DNA of 61,517 nt from positions 1-61,517 of the forward strand of contig JBFMEN010000047.1 in assembly GCA_040753435.1 (NCBI GenBank), written 5' to 3'. The notes beneath the pieces are model-generated. The model was given only the letters and a program-made list of their open reading frames with translations. It did no database searches and was not told the origin of the DNA. This DNA is from Candidatus Omnitrophota bacterium. Its GTDB lineage: Bacteria; Omnitrophota; Gorgyraeia; Zapsychrales; JANLHA01. The translations under genes and the position numbers were made by a program. The stretch's first letter is position 1. Every line of letters begins with the position of its first letter. Of this stretch, positions 56,898-61,517 are shown piece after piece.

Positions 56898-56910
56898 ATC
56901 CAACCCTCAA

Positions 56911-57327
56911 CTAATGTAAATCTCGTGTTATGAATTTGGTCCTAAAAGGAAGTTTAAAAGCGACTAGCCTAAAGATCTGACGGGCAAAATCCTCAGGAAT
57001 ACCACCGATTTCCAATATAACTTTACCCCGCTTAACAGGACACATCCAGTGAGAGAGATCTCCTTTACCTTTGCCCATTCTCGTCTCTGCCGGCTTTTTC
57101 GTGACTGGTTTTCTAGGAAAAACATTAATCCACAATTTTCCAGCGCCCTTCATTTTACGAGCAACGGTCAGGCGCGCAGCTTCCATATGATTTGCAGCCA
57201 TCACGCCATTCTCTAAAGCCTTCAGGCCAAACTCACCAAAAACCAGAAAATCGCCTCTGGTTGCAATGCCCCGGTTCTTTCCCTTCTGGGCCTTGCGGAA
57301 CTTAACTTTTCTCGGCATCATCAACAT
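56911..57327 (-). CDS. rplP: 50S ribosomal protein L16
   Basis: P..VKFRK, EAAR, KPAETRMGKGKG. Confidence 0.98.
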   Translation of the reverse strand: MLMMPRKVKFRKAQKGKNRGIATRGDFLVFGEFGLKALENGVMAANHMEAARLTVARKMKGAGKLWINVFPRKPVTKKPAETRMGKGKGDLSHWMCPVKRGKVILEIGGIPEDFARQIFRLVAFKLPFRTKFITRDLH

Positions 57328-57350
57328 CGAGATAATCTCCTAAAAATTAT

Positions 57351-58013
57351 TTACTGCTGTTTATTAGCTTTCGCTTTACCTTTTTGAGGTATAACCTGTC
57401 CGTGATAAACCCATACTTTAACACCGATCACACCATAAGTCGTATGGGCTTCGGAAAAACCAAAATCTACATCAGCGCGCAACGTTTGTAAGGGCAATGA
57501 GCCTTCATGATACGTTTCCCGGCGAGCAATTTCTGCACCGCCCAAACGCCCTGCGACAGAAATTTTAATCCCTGGAATCCCCGATTGGATAGCCTGATCA
57601 ATCGATCGCTTTACTGCCCGGCGAAATGCCACACGTTTTTCCAATTGAAACGCTACCGTTTGAGAAATCAACTGAGCATCAGTTGCGGGATTCTTAATTT
57701 CAATAATATCAATCGTTAGATCTTTCGACACAATCTTGGCAAGCTCACTCTTAAGGCGATCAATATCTGCGCCTCTTCGTCCAATGATAACACCCGGACG
57801 AGCAGAGGCTATCTTGATCTTTACCTGTTCTCCCATACGCTCAATATTTACATAGGAAACTGCCGCATGAACATATTGAGTTTTGATGAATTTACGGATT
57901 GCATGATCCTCTTTGATGTTCTTTACATAGTCTTTTGAATCCGCATACCAAAGACTGCGCCAATTCTTATTAATCCCGATCCTTAAAATGTATGGATGTG
58001 CCTTTTGTCCCAC
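57351..58013 (-). CDS. rpsC: 30S ribosomal protein S3
   Basis: MGQK.HP, RPG..IG, GRLGGAEIAR, PLQTLRA, YG.IGVKVW; GTG start. Confidence 0.98.
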   Translation of the reverse strand: MGQKAHPYILRIGINKNWRSLWYADSKDYVKNIKEDHAIRKFIKTQYVHAAVSYVNIERMGEQVKIKIASARPGVIIGRRGADIDRLKSELAKIVSKDLTIDIIEIKNPATDAQLISQTVAFQLEKRVAFRRAVKRSIDQAIQSGIPGIKISVAGRLGGAEIARRETYHEGSLPLQTLRADVDFGFSEAHTTYGVIGVKVWVYHGQVIPQKGKAKANKQQ

Positions 58014-58023
58014 GCATCTGCTC

Positions 58024-58359
58024 CTATTTAGTGATCAAATCCAGTTCTATTGTTAAATGTGTTGTCCGTTTCAGAATCTTTGTCGCCCGTCCGAATGGAG
58101 CCGGACGAAAACGCTTCCAGGACGACCCCGGATCGGCGATGATTTTGGAAATATATAATTGCGCTCCCTCTAACCCTTTTTGTTTGGCATTGCTAACGGC
58201 CGAAGTCAGTACTTTGGAAATAATATCCGTCGCGCGTTTATCAACCTGCGAAAGAATGGCTAAAGACGTATTGACATCTTTACCACGGATTAAATCAATA
58301 ACTGGCCTGACTTTGCGAGGCGAAATACGGATATGTCTTCCTATTGCTTGTGCGATCAT
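58024..58359 (-). CDS. rplV: 50S ribosomal protein L22
   Basis: ISPRK.R, SA..NA, RA..I.KRT.H; alternative TTG start at 58371. Confidence 0.97.
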   Translation of the reverse strand: MIAQAIGRHIRISPRKVRPVIDLIRGKDVNTSLAILSQVDKRATDIISKVLTSAVSNAKQKGLEGAQLYISKIIADPGSSWKRFRPAPFGRATKILKRTTHLTIELDLITK

Positions 58360-58390
58360 TGTCTTGTCCAATAAAAAATTTTAATTCATA

Positions 58391-58678
58391 TTAAGTTTTA
58401 TCGGGTGCCTTCTTGGCCTTGACACCACCATGATTCCTAAAAATTCTGGTTGGCGCAAGATCACCAAATTTATAACCAACCATATTTTCCGTAATATAAA
58501 TGGGGACATGCTTTCTACCATCATGAATAGCAACTGTATAACCAACGAACTCGGGAGAAATAGTTGAAGCTCTTGACCACGTTTTGATAGGGTCTTTTCT
58601 TCCCGACTCTTCCATTCGCTTCAATTTTTTTAATAAAGCCTCTTCGACATAAGGGCCCTTTTTAATTGACCGTGGCAT
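58391..58678 (-). CDS. rpsS: 30S ribosomal protein S19
   Basis: RSIKKGP, KTWSR, H.G..H, MVG.K.G. Confidence 0.98.
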   Translation of the reverse strand: MPRSIKKGPYVEEALLKKLKRMEESGRKDPIKTWSRASTISPEFVGYTVAIHDGRKHVPIYITENMVGYKFGDLAPTRIFRNHGGVKAKKAPDKT

Positions 58679-58679
58679 A

Positions 58680-59516
58680 TTACTTCGTCCTTCTTTTTAC
58701 GATGTATTGATCCGAATATTTTCGTCTTTTACGTGTCTTCAAACCTTTTGTTGCTTTGCCCCACGGAGTGACCGGATGAGGATTTCCCTGAGGAGCTTTT
58801 CCTTCACCACCACCATGAGGGTGGTCAATTGGATTCATCGCAACTCCCCGAACGTTTCCTTTTCTGCCTAACCATCGTGAACGGCCGGCTTTCCCGATAG
58901 AGATAGTCTCGTGCTGAACATTTCCAATCTGACCAATTGTCGCCCTGCAAATAATTGGGACTTTTCTTACCTCACTTGAAGGCATCCTTAAGAGAGCGAA
59001 TCCTCCTTCTTTGGCAATCAATTGGGCCGAAGTTCCTGCCGAACGGGCAATCTGTCCGCCTTTTCCCGGTCGCATTTCAATATTATGGATCGCCGTTCCT
59101 AACGGAATCTTATCCAACGGCATACAATTACCGACCTTGATTTCGATATCGCCTTCTTTCGTGCTATTAACTTTATCCCCAACCTGAAGTTCCAAAGGAG
59201 CAATAATGTATGCTTTCTCGCCGTCAGGGTACTGAATCAAAGCAATCCGTGACGTACGATTAGGATCATATTCAATCGCCAAAACGTCTGCGTTCTCGTC
59301 AAGACGGGAACGTTTAAAATCGACTAAACGGTACATCCGTTTATGCCCGCCGCCTCGCCAACGCATCGTGACTCGCCCGTATGCATTCCGCCCTCCCTTT
59401 TTCTTAAGCGGCTCAAGCAGAGACTTTTCAGGTTTGGATTTTGTTATCTCGGCAAAATCTGAAATAGCTGTGTGCCTTAATCCATTTGTAACTGGTTTGA
59501 ATCTTCGAATACCCAC
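58680..59516 (-). CDS. rplB: 50S ribosomal protein L2
   Basis: [34 protein letters not shown]; GTG start. Confidence 0.99.
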   Translation of the reverse strand: MGIRRFKPVTNGLRHTAISDFAEITKSKPEKSLLEPLKKKGGRNAYGRVTMRWRGGGHKRMYRLVDFKRSRLDENADVLAIEYDPNRTSRIALIQYPDGEKAYIIAPLELQVGDKVNSTKEGDIEIKVGNCMPLDKIPLGTAIHNIEMRPGKGGQIARSAGTSAQLIAKEGGFALLRMPSSEVRKVPIICRATIGQIGNVQHETISIGKAGRSRWLGRKGNVRGVAMNPIDHPHGGGEGKAPQGNPHPVTPWGKATKGLKTRKRRKYSDQYIVKRRTK

Positions 59517-59539
59517 TGTTAAACCTCTATCTTTTGTCT

Positions 59540-59821
59540 TTAGGTAACGTTGATGGAGTGCCCTTCTTTTAACGTCACAATAGCTTTCTTCCAGGGAGTC
59601 GTGTGACCCATATCACGACGTACGCGTTTACGTTTGCCTGGGACTAATATGACATTGACTGCAGAAACCTTTACACTGTAGATTTCTTCAATAGCTTTCT
59701 TGATCTCAGTCTTATTGGCCGTTTTTAAAACTTGAAAAAGGTACTTTCGTTTGGGTTCTAAAAGCGATGAACCCTTTTCAGTTCTTACCAACGATTGGAT
59801 AATATCGTAACTTGTAATCAT
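59540..59821 (-). CDS. rplW: 50S ribosomal protein L23
   Basis: TEK, ANK.EIK.A.E, WKKA.V.L. Confidence 0.97.
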   Translation of the reverse strand: MITSYDIIQSLVRTEKGSSLLEPKRKYLFQVLKTANKTEIKKAIEEIYSVKVSAVNVILVPGKRKRVRRDMGHTTPWKKAIVTLKEGHSINVT

Positions 59822-59826
59822 TTTAT

Positions 59827-60453
59827 TTACTTTGTTATGCGTTCCATTAATTTATCTAAAGCTGTCTTTGTTAAGAGCAAATATTTATTCCGCAAGATGT
59901 CGTAGGCATTAACATCTTCAGTTCTCATCATTTCAAACCGCGGAATATTACGGCTAGCCAACTCAATGCTTGGATCACACCCATCAAGCAATGCCAGTAC
60001 TTTTCCTTTAAGATTTAATGTCTTAAGAAACAAGGCGAAATCCTTCGTCTTTGTAAACTTATCAGTAAACTCGTTAATAAAAACTAACTGTTTGGAATGA
60101 TATTTGGCATTCAGACTTTCTCTTAGAGCGGCCCGCTTGATTTTTTTAGGCAATGTGTAACTAAAATCACGCGGATGAGGGCCAAAAACGATACCACCGC
60201 CAATAAACTGGGGCGCGCGAATGGTCCCTTGACGTGCACGACCTGTCCCTTTTTGACGATAAGGCTTCTTCCCGCCTCCGTTGACATCACCGCGTTCTTT
60301 AGTCGAGACCGTCCCTTGTCGTAAAGAAGCCTGGTACATCAATATCGCTTGGTGCAATAAATCTTGATTTACTTTCTGGCCAAAAATATCATCTGATAAA
60401 TTCAGCTGAGATGACTCTTTTCCTTTCTTATCTAAAACCGGCAGCATAACCAT
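59827..60453 (-). CDS. rplD: 50S ribosomal protein L4
   Basis: RQGT, GGG.KP.RQKGTGRARQG, GG..FGP.PR. Confidence 0.98.
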   Translation of the reverse strand: MVMLPVLDKKGKESSQLNLSDDIFGQKVNQDLLHQAILMYQASLRQGTVSTKERGDVNGGGKKPYRQKGTGRARQGTIRAPQFIGGGIVFGPHPRDFSYTLPKKIKRAALRESLNAKYHSKQLVFINEFTDKFTKTKDFALFLKTLNLKGKVLALLDGCDPSIELASRNIPRFEMMRTEDVNAYDILRNKYLLLTKTALDKLMERITK

Positions 60454-60454
60454 C

Positions 60455-61162
60455 TTACTTCTTACCTTTCGCCTTTGACTTGCTTTGTTTCATTGGATTC
60501 CGTTTAACTGCGACACGTGCGGGCTGTTCTTCCAATGACTTATATGCCTTTTTATGAGAAAGATTGATTTCAACCACAGTTTTTTTACAGCCAGGCACGG
60601 CGCCTTTTAACAATACAATATTATTTTCAATATCAACGCCCATAACACGTAGACCCTGAATGGTCACCCGATCTGCCCCCATATGACCGGGCATATGAAC
60701 CCCTTTTAATGTACGTGACGGCGTTGCTGATGTCCCGATAGATCCGACTCTTCGATGATGCATAGAGCCATGTCCCGCAGGGCCTCCATTCCAGTGCCAA
60801 CGCTTCATCCCGCCCTGGAAACCTTTACCTTTTGAAATTGAAGACACATCAACAAAATCACCAGGTTTAAAAATATCGGCTTTGATTTCCTGGCCCAACT
60901 GATAGCCGTTATTATCTTTTGATTCAAACTCTCTGATTACAGCTACAGGACTGACTCCCGATTTTTTAAATAGTCCCATCAATGGTTTCTTAACACGCGA
61001 TTCCTTTACGGCACCAAAGCCAATCACCACTTTCTTGGGCTCATCTTTTAAACCGAGAACAGGACAAGGTCCGACTTCAACGACGGTCACAGGGATCACG
61101 TTCCCTTCTTTATCAAAAATCCTTGTCATGCCTAATTTTTTTCCCAGTAATCCTCGGATCAT
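60455..61162 (-). CDS. rplC: 50S ribosomal protein L3
   Basis: K.GMT, PVTV, KGKGFQG..KR, HG, MPGHMG, KG.VPG. Confidence 0.98.
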   Translation of the reverse strand: MIRGLLGKKLGMTRIFDKEGNVIPVTVVEVGPCPVLGLKDEPKKVVIGFGAVKESRVKKPLMGLFKKSGVSPVAVIREFESKDNNGYQLGQEIKADIFKPGDFVDVSSISKGKGFQGGMKRWHWNGGPAGHGSMHHRRVGSIGTSATPSRTLKGVHMPGHMGADRVTIQGLRVMGVDIENNIVLLKGAVPGCKKTVVEINLSHKKAYKSLEEQPARVAVKRNPMKQSKSKAKGKK

Positions 61163-61204
61163 AAACTCATCCTCAACAAATTCTTCAAAACTCTGAAGAA
61201 ATGA

Positions 61205-61507
61205 TTATTGCTTAATTTCAACATCGACTCCGGCCGGCAAATTCAGTTTTCGTAACGATTCTACTGTTTTCGCTGTCGGATCTAAAAGATCAATAAGCCT
61301 CTTGTGAATAACCAGATGAAATTGTTCGCGTGCTTTCTTATTCACATGCGGAGATCTCAAAATCGTATATAATTCCTTCTTGGTTGGCAAAGGAATTGGT
61401 CCGGCAACTCTCGCTCCTGTACGAATCGCCGTATCAACGATTTCCTGAGCAGACTGATCAATTAAACGATGATCGTAAGCTTTTAATTTTAATCTTATCT
61501 TTTGCAT
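61205..61507 (-). CDS. rpsJ: 30S ribosomal protein S10 (true start may lie beyond the window edge)
   Basis: IR..LKAYDH, GPIPLPT, RSPHV.K..REQF, L.LPAGV. Confidence 0.97.
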   Translation of the reverse strand: MQKIRLKLKAYDHRLIDQSAQEIVDTAIRTGARVAGPIPLPTKKELYTILRSPHVNKKAREQFHLVIHKRLIDLLDPTAKTVESLRKLNLPAGVDVEIKQ

Positions 61508-61517
61508 AGTAAACCAC

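Overview
A core-genome segment of a bacterium, very probably Candidatus Omnitrophota (OP3, PVC superphylum). The assignment is an inference from the PVC signature small basic protein at 23787-24053, the absence of rpmD, and a diderm gene set. All genes except a two-gene exeA/gspB-like cassette (19804-21176) lie on the minus strand. In transcription order the window holds: the S10-spc-alpha ribosomal superoperon (rpsJ to rplQ, ending in a terminator); an aspC-pilT-lipB-lipoyl carrier-glycolipid synthesis-TonB_C block; aroQ-pepP-efp-accB-accC-asp23-amaP; pfkA-gmhA-rfaE2-thiD2-thiE-tRNA-Gly(CCC)-LysM/M23; an ATPase-phosphoesterase-HIT-dGTPase-HD-GYP-SPOR-SH3-S2P-aroB run; two PilZ genes plus an unannotated 58-aa membrane protein; uvrB-coaX-htrA; CIRCE-groES-groEL; three tandem 8-Cys type IV pilin paralogs; and guaB-guaA-dnaE-pilin-hup. 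No transposase, integrase, prophage, CRISPR array, rRNA or frameshifted gene was seen. The most unusual items are: (i) the pilin array with an invariant eight-cysteine scaffold, two members having their own promoter-like motif placed for leaderless transcription, alongside a dispersed c-di-GMP/pilus module (2 PilZ, ExeA/GspB, degenerate HD-GYP, PilT); (ii) a five-on-five inverted ladder of degenerate heptamers between guaA and dnaE that folds better on the mRNA strand, with related heptamer tracts elsewhere; (iii) a histone-like basic tail on GuaA; (iv) a PfkA with substituted phosphoryl-transfer residues. Family assignments come from motif recognition by eye, not database searches. Several starts were corrected relative to the ORF track using SD positions.
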